From positions 1 through 53,327 of the forward strand of contig CAZQBY010000008.1 of assembly GCA_964592405.1 (NCBI GenBank): a stretch of 53,327 nt of DNA, given 5' to 3'. Source of the DNA: an uncultured archaeon. Its GTDB lineage: Archaea; Altiarchaeota; Altiarchaeia; JAFGQM01. The position numbers and the translations under genes are program-made. Within the stretch, counting starts at the first letter, position 1, and each line of letters begins with the position of its first letter. Shown here piece by piece: positions 8,423 through 17,156 of this stretch. The notes beneath the pieces were generated by a model that worked only from the letters and a program-made list of their open reading frames with translations, was not told where the DNA came from and ran no database searches.

Positions 8423-9729
8423 TTTCCGTAACCTATTCCAAAATAATCCAGACCTGCTGATTTAGCCTTTACAGGGTCTAAAATGCGCCTGCCGTCTATG
8501 ACGACATTCCCATTCATCTTTTTCCTGAAGACTTCTGGTTCTACAATATACTCCGGCCATTCTGTCACTATTACGGCAGCTTCTGTCCCATCCAAACACT
8601 CTTCTAGGCTACTGGAATAGGAGATTCTGTCTCCAAGTATCTTTCTAGTATTCTCAATGGCTGCCGGGTCGCAGGCTGATACTACGGCACCGTCCTTCAG
8701 CAACTCCCTTATTATCTTTATAGAGGGGGCCTCCCTTACATCATCCGTCCCCGGCTTGAAAGCCAAGCCAATCACAGCCACTTTCTTCCCCCCAACTCCG
8801 CCCAGCTTCTCCTTGAGGACCTCAAGAGCGTGCAGGACCTGCCGCTTATTGATCTCCATGACTGCCATGAGTAGCTCTGCCTTGTAACCCTCCTTTTCCC
8901 CCATTCTATAAATGGCCTTCACGTCCTTTGGAAAGCAGCTGCCGCCATAACCTACTCCTGCATTCAGAAATCTGGGAGATATACGCGAATCCAGCCCTAT
9001 ACCTCTTGCTACATCAACAACATCCGTGCCGACCTTCTCACAGATGTTGGCTATCTCATTGATAAAGGATATCTTCGTTGCCAGGAAGGCGTTGGCCGCG
9101 TACTTTATCATCTCCGCAGTCCGCAGGTCCGTCCGGAGTATGGGGCAGTCAAAAGACTTGTAGAGTTCTTCCACCTTATCTCCTGATCTCTTGTCCATCG
9201 AGCCGATGACCACCCTGTCCGGCCTCATGAAGTCCTCAACTGCCAGTCCCTCTCTCAGGAATTCAGGATTCATAGCCACACCGAAATCCCTGCCTGCCCT
9301 CTTTTTGGACTCTCTTTCGATTATGGGCAGTATCACAGAGTCTGTTGTCCCGGGCACAACCGTACTCTTGTCGACAACAACATGATAGTTCTTTTTCTTG
9401 GCGAGAGCCCTGCCGATCTCCTTGGAAGCAGACTTAACGTGCTTCAAATCAATACCTCCGTCAGGCGCTTCGGGCGTACCCACACAGATGAAGGTGATAT
9501 CAGATTCCAGAACTGCAGATTCCAAGTCCGTTGTGGCCTTCAGGTTCTTGCCGATGTGTTTCTCCAACAGCTCTTCCAGCCCTATCTCATGTATGGGCGA
9601 CTCGCCCCGGTTGATTTTATCAACCTTCTCCCTGATGACATCAACACATACGACACGGTTCCCCAACTCTGCAAAGCAGGCCCCCGTGATGAGACCAACA
9701 TATCCCACCCCGATAACCGAAATATCCAT
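8419..9729 (-). CDS. ugd: UDP-glucose 6-dehydrogenase
   Basis: GVGYVGL, FICVGTP, KSTVVPGT, NPEFLREG, GYGGSCFPKD. Confidence 0.95.
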   Translation of the reverse strand: MDISVIGVGYVGLITGACFAELGNRVVCVDVIREKVDKINRGESPIHEIGLEELLEKHIGKNLKATTDLESAVLESDITFICVGTPEAPDGGIDLKHVKSASKEIGRALAKKKNYHVVVDKSTVVPGTTDSVILPIIERESKKRAGRDFGVAMNPEFLREGLAVEDFMRPDRVVIGSMDKRSGDKVEELYKSFDCPILRTDLRTAEMIKYAANAFLATKISFINEIANICEKVGTDVVDVARGIGLDSRISPRFLNAGVGYGGSCFPKDVKAIYRMGEKEGYKAELLMAVMEINKRQVLHALEVLKEKLGGVGGKKVAVIGLAFKPGTDDVREAPSIKIIRELLKDGAVVSACDPAAIENTRKILGDRISYSSSLEECLDGTEAAVIVTEWPEYIVEPEVFRKKMNGNVVIDGRRILDPVKAKSAGLDYFGIGYGK

Positions 9730-9805
9730 CGCCTATTTTGCCTCTCAATAAATAAAACTGAATACCGGGTTTTTAATATTTTATCTTCAATAATAGAGGA
9801 TTGGA

Positions 9806-10126
9806 ATGGCCAAAACCCCTAAAAGAGCTACTCCTAGAAGAACTGTGAGAAGGCCGTGGCGCCCGGAAGAGGTTGATGAAGTTGCAAGGATGCTGGGGAG
9901 CAGTCAAAGAAATAAAAGAGTTGGCAGGGGACGGGGAGGAGAAATGGCCCTTTATGCAAAAATGCTGGCTGATATCGATAACTTGTTTAAAAAAGCTGCT
10001 GCTTCCCGGGGGAAAGAGCGTGCAAGATACAGCAGAGAGGCAAGATTGTTACAGAGGGATGCAGAGGCCCTGAGGCTGAGATTAGAGGCCAATAACCAGA
10101 ACTCCGGTGGAATAGAAAAATATTGA
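9806..10126 (+). CDS. Hypothetical basic, Arg-rich helical protein
   Basis: 106-aa ORF filling the gap; GAGGA upstream of ATG; AT-rich divergent promoter region at 9745-9790. Confidence 0.55.
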   Translation: MAKTPKRATPRRTVRRPWRPEEVDEVARMLGSSQRNKRVGRGRGGEMALYAKMLADIDNLFKKAAASRGKERARYSREARLLQRDAEALRLRLEANNQNSGGIEKY

Positions 10127-10182
10127 CTTCATGAACCTATTTTAATACCCAAATCTTCTAATTTCCCGCACTTTTCTTAAGG

Positions 10183-10725
10183 ATGGGTCTCAGACGCGCA
10201 CACTGCTACAGATGGGACAGCCCTGCATACACAAGGGTATCCAACAATCCTTCCGAGTCTTTTGTGACGGGGATACCTGGGATAAAGGTAACCAGATTTG
10301 ACATGGGTGACCCCAACGCCGAGTTTGACATCAGGGTTGACTTAATAAGCAATGAGGATATCCAGCTGCGGCACAATGCCATTGAGGCCGCACGGCAGAC
10401 CTGTGTCAGATGCCTTGAGAAATCCTTGGGAAAGAAGGGTTTCTACTATAAGATACGCGTATATCCACATCACATAATGCGGGAGAACAAGATGGCAACC
10501 GGGGCGGGAGCGGATCGTGTCCAGAGCGGCATGAGAGACTCCTTTGGAAAGCCCGTTGGAAAGGCTGCCCGTGTGAGGAAGGGCCAGATAATTATGTCAG
10601 TGTCAGTCCCAAGGGACAAGGTTGATGTCGCAAAAGAGGCGTTGCGGCGCGCGAATGCGAAGCTGCCGGCTAGGACCCACACAAGCGAGGTCGCTCTCAG
10701 GAAAGAGCAGGCAGGAGCATCCTGA
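10183..10725 (+). CDS. rpl10e: 50S ribosomal protein uL16 (L10e)
   Basis: QLRHNAIEAAR, RVYPHHIMRENKMATGAGADRVQSGMR.SFGKP.G.AARV. Confidence 0.97.
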   Translation: MGLRRAHCYRWDSPAYTRVSNNPSESFVTGIPGIKVTRFDMGDPNAEFDIRVDLISNEDIQLRHNAIEAARQTCVRCLEKSLGKKGFYYKIRVYPHHIMRENKMATGAGADRVQSGMRDSFGKPVGKAARVRKGQIIMSVSVPRDKVDVAKEALRRANAKLPARTHTSEVALRKEQAGAS

Positions 10726-10777
10726 GGAAACACCAATTCTTAATAAAACCTGCATAAACAAAGCTCATAATGCCGTA

Positions 10778-10917
10778 TTATAGCTGAGAGTGAGAGCCAT
10801 CAACTACTATAACCCCCCATCTTCACTGTTCTCAGACAGGAATTCTTCAAGCTGCGGGAGCAACACTCTAAGATTCTCTTTCTCGTTGTATGTTGGCAGA
10901 ACTATACTGAGGTCCAT
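10778..10917 (-). pseudogene. Truncated, frameshifted GT2 (Dol-P-Man synthase-like) N-terminus
   Basis: ATG overlaps the upstream stop (TGATG); reads MDLSIVLPTYNEKENLRVLLPQLEEFL..., and after a frameshift in a G6 run continues VIVVDGS before stopping. Confidence 0.8.
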
Positions 10918-11861
10918 CAGTTGGTGCGGTAGTAATCGACGAGTACTCTAATACCTTCCTCTAGGCCGACCCTTGGGGCATATCCCATCTCCTCCCTAAT
11001 CTTCGATATGTCAGCCAGGGTGTGGGCGATATAATTGCTTATCCTGTTCTCCACATATCGCGGCCTTATGTTTTGGCCCAATGCCTTGTTTATCAGCGCA
11101 ACAACATCGTTGAATGAGTTAGACCTCCCTGTTCCGACATTGAATATATGGGCTCCCCTCCTGTCATACTCCAACGACATCCTGTTTGCCAGCACAACAT
11201 CATCCACATAAGTAAAATCACGAGTCTGTGATCCATCCCCATATATTACTGGTCTCTTGCCATCCAGCATATCCCATATGAACTGGGTTATGATGTTGGC
11301 AAATCTGCCCTTATGTCGCTCCTTCTTGCCATAAACAGAAAAATACCGAAAACCTATTGATGAGATTCCATAAGTATCGTAGTAAACTCTGCTCAGCTCC
11401 TCGACAGAATGTTTGGCTACAGAATAGAAGTTGGGCGGTACAATCTTTTCGGATTCCGAACAGGGATCTTTTTTGCCACCATATATGGAAGATGTTGATG
11501 CATATATGACCTTATTAACATCGAGCTCCCTTGCCAGATCAAAGATGTTTATTGTACCAAGGACCAGCTCTGAATACGGTCTGAAGGGATTTGGATAGTA
11601 CATGGGATTGCTACTTGGCCCATTCTGCAGCATGAAGAAGTCAAAAGGGTTTTCCCTGTGGCTTTTGGTTATAAATTCCTTCAGTTTCTGAGATTCAAAC
11701 ATATCTATTTTCGCAAATTTTATGTTGTCGCGCTTTGGCAGATTTTCGATTTTACCAAGAGACAGATTATCAATGACTGCCCAATCCACTTCAGGTATGG
11801 ACGTAACTATATTGCTGCCGATGAAGCCGCAACCACCAACAATCAAGCCTTTTTGGACCAT
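10917..11861 (-). CDS. NAD-dependent nucleotide-sugar epimerase/dehydratase
   Basis: GGCGFIGS, YASTSSIYG, YSVAK (YxxxK), FRYFSVYG, GDGSQTRDFTYV. Confidence 0.92.
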   Translation of the reverse strand: MVQKGLIVGGCGFIGSNIVTSIPEVDWAVIDNLSLGKIENLPKRDNIKFAKIDMFESQKLKEFITKSHRENPFDFFMLQNGPSSNPMYYPNPFRPYSELVLGTINIFDLARELDVNKVIYASTSSIYGGKKDPCSESEKIVPPNFYSVAKHSVEELSRVYYDTYGISSIGFRYFSVYGKKERHKGRFANIITQFIWDMLDGKRPVIYGDGSQTRDFTYVDDVVLANRMSLEYDRRGAHIFNVGTGRSNSFNDVVALINKALGQNIRPRYVENRISNYIAHTLADISKIREEMGYAPRVGLEEGIRVLVDYYRTN

Positions 11862-11966
11862 GGCTATGTTAGAGCGGATGGGAATAAAAGTTGGGCTAAA
11901 AGCGATTTTGGTATGCCCGCTCCGGTCCGGGAGCAGCCGCCATAGACCTTTAATCCCCGGCTCTTA

Positions 11967-14645
11967 TCAGCCTTCTTTGGCCTTCCACCTTCCCACAGCC
12001 TTGAATAGCTCGCCGGCGAAGAAGATACTGGTAGAGACAATGCCGGCAAGGGCCCAGTCGCCCAGTGACAAGGGAACCGTTTTGAACATCTGCGACAATG
12101 GCCCGATGTAGATTATGGCTATCTGGAGAACTAGGGAGGATCCAACGGCCAGCAGCAGCCACTTGTTCTTGATGAAATTGCGCCCTATAATCGACTCCCT
12201 AGGCGAGCGGCAGTTGAAGGCATTGATGAGCTCAAAGAGTACTATGGTAGTCAGTGCCATGGTGCTAGCCTTGATTGCAGCCGCGCCCATCTCAAAATTG
12301 GGGTTGTAGAGGTAATAAACCCCCAGCATCCCCACGGCTATGACAACCCCATACAGCATTATGCGCTTCAGCATGATGCCAGAGAATATCTTTTCGTTGG
12401 GTGGCCTTGGCGCCCGCCTCATTATATCCTTGTCCTTGGGGTCGACTCCTAGCGCGAGGGCGGGTGCGCCATCTGTGATTAGATTCACCCACAAAATCTG
12501 GGCGGGCAACAATATCGCGCCTTTTAGGGGGAACAGCACCATGCCACCGAAGATGGCCAGGACCTCGCCGATGTTGCAGGATAGCAGGAATATGATGAAC
12601 TTCTTGATGTTGTCGTAGATACCCCTCCCCTCCTCGACTGCAGCCACTATCGTGCTGAAGTTGTCATCAGTGAGCACCATACTGCCCGCCTCTTTCGCCA
12701 CCTCAGTTCCGGTTATTCCCATGGCTACACCTATGTCAGCCTTCTTAAGCGCGGGGGCGTCATTGACACCGTCTCCAGTCATGGCGACTATGTGCCCCCG
12801 GGCCTTCAGGGCATTAACTATCCTGAGTTTGTGCTCCGGATTGACACGTGCAAAGACTGAGATGTCCTCAACCCGCTTCTTCAGCTCGGCGTCACTCATC
12901 TTCTCGAGCTCCACACCTGTAACCACATCACCTTCCGGGAGGCCTATTTCCCTCGCTATTGCACGCGCGGTTATGGCGTGGTCGCCCGTTATCATTTTCA
13001 CATCAATTCCGGCAGTCTTACAGACCGCCAGCGCCTCCTTCACCTCCTCTCTTGGCGGATCGATCATGCCGACCATGCCTAAAAACACAAGGTCTTTCTC
13101 TTCCCTGCCCCCTTCCTTGTAAGCTAGGCCAAGCACCCGGAGGGCAGCATCCGCCATCTCCTCGTTCTTCTTTAGGAGAGTCCTCTTCTTCTCAGGAGTG
13201 AGCTTCACGGCTTTTCCGTTCTCATATACCCGACTGCACAAATCCAGCACCACCTCCACAGCACCCTTTGTATACATGACGGTTTTGCCATCCTGTATAT
13301 TTATCGTGGACATTCTCTTGCGCTCTGAGTCGAATTGCAGCTCAGCTGTCCGCGTGTAGACGTTTTCAAGATCCCTCTTCTTCATTCCGGCTTTCTCTCC
13401 CAGAACCAGTAGCGCTATCTCGGTTGGGTCCCCCATGCCGCCCCCCTCCAAAGACGCATTGTTGCAAAGGACTCCACACCTGACAAGGATGTCAAGGCCA
13501 TCCACAGAACTGGGCTTCACGACCTTGCCATCTTTTTTGAACTCCCCAACAGTTACATAACCGGCCCCGGTAACTTCCAGTTCCTGACAGTTGATATATA
13601 TCTTCTTCACAGTCATCTCATTCTTGGTGAAGGTTCCGGTCTTGTCGCTGCAGATAACATCACAGCTGCCCAGCGTTTCAACTGCAGGCAACTTCCTGAT
13701 TATGGCATGACGTTTAGCCATGCGCTGTGTACCAAGAGCGAGTGCCATTGTGACGACTGCTGGCAGGCCTTCGGGTATTGCTGCGACTGCCAGAGATACC
13801 GCAACGAGGAACATGAACACTATGTGTTCAACTGTCCATCCCCATTTCAGCATACCGACAAAGAACACGATTGCGCAAATGACGAGTATCATGATGCCAA
13901 GCTGCTTGCCGACCGTCTCAAGCTTCCTCTGCAGTGGTGTTTCCTCCCTCTCAGTCGCCTGTACCATTGAAGCTATCCTGCCCAGTTCAGTCTTCATGCC
14001 AGTGGCTGATACTACTGCCTTCGCTTTGCCATAAACAACTACTGTGCCGGAGTAGACCATGTTCTTCCTATCCGTCAGTACAGTTTCTGCTCTGAGAGCG
14101 TCCGTGCATTTCTCAACAGGGACAGATTCACCTGTCAGAGCTGCCTCATCCACTTTCAGGTCTAGGGCCTCAATGAGCCTTCCATCTGCCGGCACGCGGT
14201 CTCCTGCCTCGAGTATTATGATGTCGCCGGGAACTATGGCACTGGTCGCGAGTTTGAGCTCTTTACCTCCTCTTATTATGCGCGCGACAGGCGAAACCAT
14301 CCTTTTCAGTGCTTCCAGTGATTTCTCAGCCCGATACTCCTGCACGAAGCCTATGATGGCATTGAGTATGACTATGATGCCGATGACAATACTGTCGATG
14401 GGCTCTTCGCCTTCCTCCAACGATATTAAGAATGCCACGACTGCAGCTACAATAAGCACAATTATCAGGAAGTTCTTGAACTGGTTTAGGAACAGGGCCA
14501 ACAACGATTCCTTCCTCTCCCTGTGTAACTCATTTGGCCCATACCTCTGAAGCCGCTTGGCGGCCTCCTCCTCCGAAAGGCCTGACCTGCTGCTCTTCAG
14601 CTCGGACAGGGCATCCTCGACCCCGAGGCTGTGGAACTCTGGCAT
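11967..14645 (-). CDS. P-type ATPase, P2A (SERCA-like Ca2+-transporting)
   Basis: TGES, IPEGLP, DKTGT, KGA, TGDGVNDAP; TM Ca ligands NIGE, NLITDG and an M8 Glu; start set at MPEFHS (14645), about 30 nt below a TTTAAAAA box. Confidence 0.95.
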   Translation of the reverse strand: MPEFHSLGVEDALSELKSSRSGLSEEEAAKRLQRYGPNELHRERKESLLALFLNQFKNFLIIVLIVAAVVAFLISLEEGEEPIDSIVIGIIVILNAIIGFVQEYRAEKSLEALKRMVSPVARIIRGGKELKLATSAIVPGDIIILEAGDRVPADGRLIEALDLKVDEAALTGESVPVEKCTDALRAETVLTDRKNMVYSGTVVVYGKAKAVVSATGMKTELGRIASMVQATEREETPLQRKLETVGKQLGIMILVICAIVFFVGMLKWGWTVEHIVFMFLVAVSLAVAAIPEGLPAVVTMALALGTQRMAKRHAIIRKLPAVETLGSCDVICSDKTGTFTKNEMTVKKIYINCQELEVTGAGYVTVGEFKKDGKVVKPSSVDGLDILVRCGVLCNNASLEGGGMGDPTEIALLVLGEKAGMKKRDLENVYTRTAELQFDSERKRMSTINIQDGKTVMYTKGAVEVVLDLCSRVYENGKAVKLTPEKKRTLLKKNEEMADAALRVLGLAYKEGGREEKDLVFLGMVGMIDPPREEVKEALAVCKTAGIDVKMITGDHAITARAIAREIGLPEGDVVTGVELEKMSDAELKKRVEDISVFARVNPEHKLRIVNALKARGHIVAMTGDGVNDAPALKKADIGVAMGITGTEVAKEAGSMVLTDDNFSTIVAAVEEGRGIYDNIKKFIIFLLSCNIGEVLAIFGGMVLFPLKGAILLPAQILWVNLITDGAPALALGVDPKDKDIMRRAPRPPNEKIFSGIMLKRIMLYGVVIAVGMLGVYYLYNPNFEMGAAAIKASTMALTTIVLFELINAFNCRSPRESIIGRNFIKNKWLLLAVGSSLVLQIAIIYIGPLSQMFKTVPLSLGDWALAGIVSTSIFFAGELFKAVGRWKAKEG

Positions 14646-14675
14646 GTTAGAATTACCGAACTGATAATGTAAAGG

Positions 14676-14695
14676 TTTTTTAAAGTTTTTATAAG
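14676..14695. promoter_or_regulatory. Back-to-back TATA-like boxes (divergent promoter)
   Basis: TTTTTTAAAGTTTTTATAAG: TTTAAAAA on minus upstream of the ATPase, TTTATAA on plus upstream of the structured element. Confidence 0.5.
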
Positions 14696-14712
14696 CTCTT
14701 CCATTACTCTCA

Positions 14713-14799
14713 CGGGGAGCAATCCCTGGACGTCCGCAGATTCGTCTCTGGACCCCCCAACACAGCAACTAGAACATGAATTCTTATGCGGACGTCCCC
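14713..14799 (+). ncRNA. Candidate structured RNA (GNRA hairpin plus long irregular stem)
   Basis: CGGGGA-GCAA-TCCCTG hairpin; perfect 11-bp inverted repeat 14728-14738/14787-14797 with inner G-U-containing helices. Confidence 0.4.
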
Positions 14800-14914
14800 T
14801 TAATCAAATACAAGTCCAACATATGCGTTTTTGTAGCCATTGGTTCAAAATATACTAAAAATCTACGGGGGCATGTTCTATCCCAGATCTCAGGGTTAGA
14901 ATAGGTTAACTGCG

Positions 14915-15280
14915 ATGGTAAAGAGAAATAGAGGCAAAAGAGGTGGCCATTCCAGACAGCAGCTGAGCAGACATAGGGAAAAAACCACGGTCAGCCGGCT
15001 GTTGCAGGAATTCAAAGTAGGTGAGCGGGTAATAATAGACATAGACTCATCTATACAAAAAGCCATGCCACATCCGAGATACCAAGGCAGAGAAGGCATT
15101 GTTGCAGGAATTCGGGGCAATTCCTATGAGGTTATCATAACTGATGGCAATAAAAGGAAGACAATAGTAACTAATTCTGCACACATAAAAAAGTCCCGGG
15201 AGTCTGTAAGTGGGCAAACCGGAAACAATAATGTGTCCGGCACTGCCGCCGGAGCCGGGGCAGAAGCACAAACTGTTTAA
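14915..15280 (+). CDS. rpl21e: 50S ribosomal protein eL21
   Basis: EFKVGERV.I.IDSS....MPHPRYQGREG.V; precedes rpo4 and DUF655 as in many archaea; low-complexity C-terminal extension. Confidence 0.93.
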   Translation: MVKRNRGKRGGHSRQQLSRHREKTTVSRLLQEFKVGERVIIDIDSSIQKAMPHPRYQGREGIVAGIRGNSYEVIITDGNKRKTIVTNSAHIKKSRESVSGQTGNNNVSGTAAGAGAEAQTV

Positions 15281-15295
15281 AAATACTGCTTAAAA

Positions 15296-15628
15296 ATGAA
15301 TGTAAAGGAATTTTATTCTGAGGAGCCAGTCACACTGGCGGAGGTAAAGAAGCTCCTGACTGCAATATCAAAGGAAAAGGAGCTGGAGTATGTCCAGAAG
15401 AAATCCTTAGAGCATGCACAGCACTGCGTTCATACATCCTATAAAGATGCTGTCGCCATGGTTGATGAACTTGTCGAACTGGGCCTTATAAAGGAGAAGG
15501 CAATAGAGATAGTCAACTGTATGCCTGCCAACAGAGACGAGCTGAGGGCATTCTTCTCAAAGGAGAGAAAGCAGCCTGAAACCGAGACCATCGACAAGAT
15601 TCTTGAAGTTCTGGATAAGTATCGCTGA
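15296..15628 (+). CDS. rpo4: DNA-directed RNA polymerase subunit Rpo4 (RpoF)
   Basis: VTLAEVKKLL...ELEYVQK.SLEH...IVNCMP...DELR; conserved rpl21e-rpoF-DUF655 order. Confidence 0.9.
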   Translation: MNVKEFYSEEPVTLAEVKKLLTAISKEKELEYVQKKSLEHAQHCVHTSYKDAVAMVDELVELGLIKEKAIEIVNCMPANRDELRAFFSKERKQPETETIDKILEVLDKYR

Positions 15629-15635
15629 TTTAATA

Positions 15636-16214
15636 ATGGACAAGCGAGAGGAGAAAATAAGGGAGGAATATGCAGTAGTGCTGGATTATCTGCCAGAAGG
15701 CATGACATCCCTCCCTGTCTACAAGAGATATCCGGTAGCACAGACTGTCGGTACCAGGTATTTTGTGCTCTTGGAGGTTACCCCAAAACAGGGTGTAACT
15801 TTTAGGGCCCGTGAGAGAGTCTATGTAGGAGATGGAGAGCGCGATAAGGTGCGGACCATCAAGAAGAGGCTCAAGTATGGAGAACTCACAGCCACAGCAA
15901 AGAACGATCTCCCGGATGTGGTGAGTGAGATAGTGAAGAAGAACGAGCCTTATTTCGTGGAGTTTTTCAACAAGGCAACTGCCATAAGCCTAAAACACCA
16001 TCAACTGGAGCTTCTGCCAAAGGTGGGTAAAAAGCATTTGTATAAAATCCTCGAGGAGAGAGACAATGAGCCGTTCAAGAGTTTCAAGGACATAGATGCA
16101 CGCGTTAAGGGCCTTCCAAGTTCAAACCGATTGATAGTTGATAGGATCCTTGAGGAGATACAGGGAGATGTAGGCCACCGCCTTTTCGTTCCCGATTTTG
16201 GCAAAGAAAAATAG
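15636..16214 (+). CDS. DUF655 putative RNA-binding protein
   Basis: EEYAVVLDYLP, Q.VG..YF.LLE, FVEFFN.A..IS...HQLELLP.VGKK, PF.SF.DI. Confidence 0.9.
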   Translation: MDKREEKIREEYAVVLDYLPEGMTSLPVYKRYPVAQTVGTRYFVLLEVTPKQGVTFRARERVYVGDGERDKVRTIKKRLKYGELTATAKNDLPDVVSEIVKKNEPYFVEFFNKATAISLKHHQLELLPKVGKKHLYKILEERDNEPFKSFKDIDARVKGLPSSNRLIVDRILEEIQGDVGHRLFVPDFGKEK

Positions 16215-16277
16215 GGGAATACTGCAAACTATATATGACGTCAGGATATCTCCAACTACAAAACCTAAACCATCAAA

Positions 16278-17156
16278 ATGGACCTATCGGGTGCATATAC
16301 TGCTATTGTCACACCATTCAGTGAGGACGGTTCACTGGATGAGGACGGCTTGAGGAAGAATATACGCTTTCAGATAGCTGAAGGTATAGACGGCGTAGTG
16401 CCTGTCGGGACAACTGGGGAGTCCCCTACACTAACCCCGGAGGAGCATGAGCAGGTAATCGATATAACTGTAGAGGAAGCCCGGGGGAAGGTTAAAGTTA
16501 TTGCCGGGACAGGCTCAAACAATACAAAGGAGGCAATACGCTACACTAGGCATGCAATGGAGGCCGGAGCAGATGCTGCCCTGTTGATATGCCCCTATTA
16601 TAACAAGCCGACTCAGGAAGGATTATATCAGCACTACAAAAAGATAGCCGAGGCAGTAAACATACCGCAGATAATCTATAACGTCCCATCCAGAACAGGA
16701 AGAAATGTGGATGCTGAAACCACTCTTCGCCTGAGCAAGATAAAGAACATAGTCGGTATCAAGGAAGCCAGCTGCAATCTGGAACAGATAATGCGGATAC
16801 TGAAGGATGCACCAGAAGATTTTTATGTTCTAAGTGGCGAGGATAGCTGGACCTATCCAATACTGAGCTTGGGTGGACATGGGGCAATTTCTGTTTCTTC
16901 CAATATTATCCCCAAGGGCATTACAGAGATGATTCACAAACACTTTGAGGGCCATCTTGAGGAATCAAAACAGCTGCACTACAGGTATTTTGATCTGAAC
17001 AGGATCATCTTCATTGAAACAAATCCCGGCCCGATAAAGGCGGCAATGAATATGATGGGCATGCCTGCCGGCAGGCCCAGACTACCTATGGTGGAACCGA
17101 GTGAAGAGAACAAGGCAAAGATAAGAAAGGTGCTGACGCAACTGCAACTACTATGA
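16278..17156 (+). CDS. dapA: 4-hydroxy-tetrahydrodipicolinate synthase
   Basis: TAIVTPF, GTTGES, PYYNKP, YNVPSRTG, GIKEAS. Confidence 0.97.
   Translation: MDLSGAYTAIVTPFSEDGSLDEDGLRKNIRFQIAEGIDGVVPVGTTGESPTLTPEEHEQVIDITVEEARGKVKVIAGTGSNNTKEAIRYTRHAMEAGADAALLICPYYNKPTQEGLYQHYKKIAEAVNIPQIIYNVPSRTGRNVDAETTLRLSKIKNIVGIKEASCNLEQIMRILKDAPEDFYVLSGEDSWTYPILSLGGHGAISVSSNIIPKGITEMIHKHFEGHLEESKQLHYRYFDLNRIIFIETNPGPIKAAMNMMGMPAGRPRLPMVEPSEENKAKIRKVLTQLQLL

Noticed and set aside
11918-11935. GCTCC-N6-GGAGC hairpin between the ATPase and the epimerase
   Set aside because: A 5-bp stem is expected by chance and there are no supporting features
14646-14768. 41-aa N-terminal extension of the P-type ATPase in the ORF track
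   Set aside because: Starts at a non-ATG codon and runs through TATA boxes and the structured element; typical P2A sequence begins at MPEFHS
14713-14799. tRNA, or an H/ACA or C/D guide RNA
   Set aside because: No cloverleaf or T-loop (GTTCRA), and no clear K-turn or C/D boxes; retained only as an unknown structured RNA
16215-16277. Lysine riboswitch or attenuator before dapA (also considered before lysC)
   Set aside because: Only about 60 nt, containing a TATA-like box; too short and without the required structure
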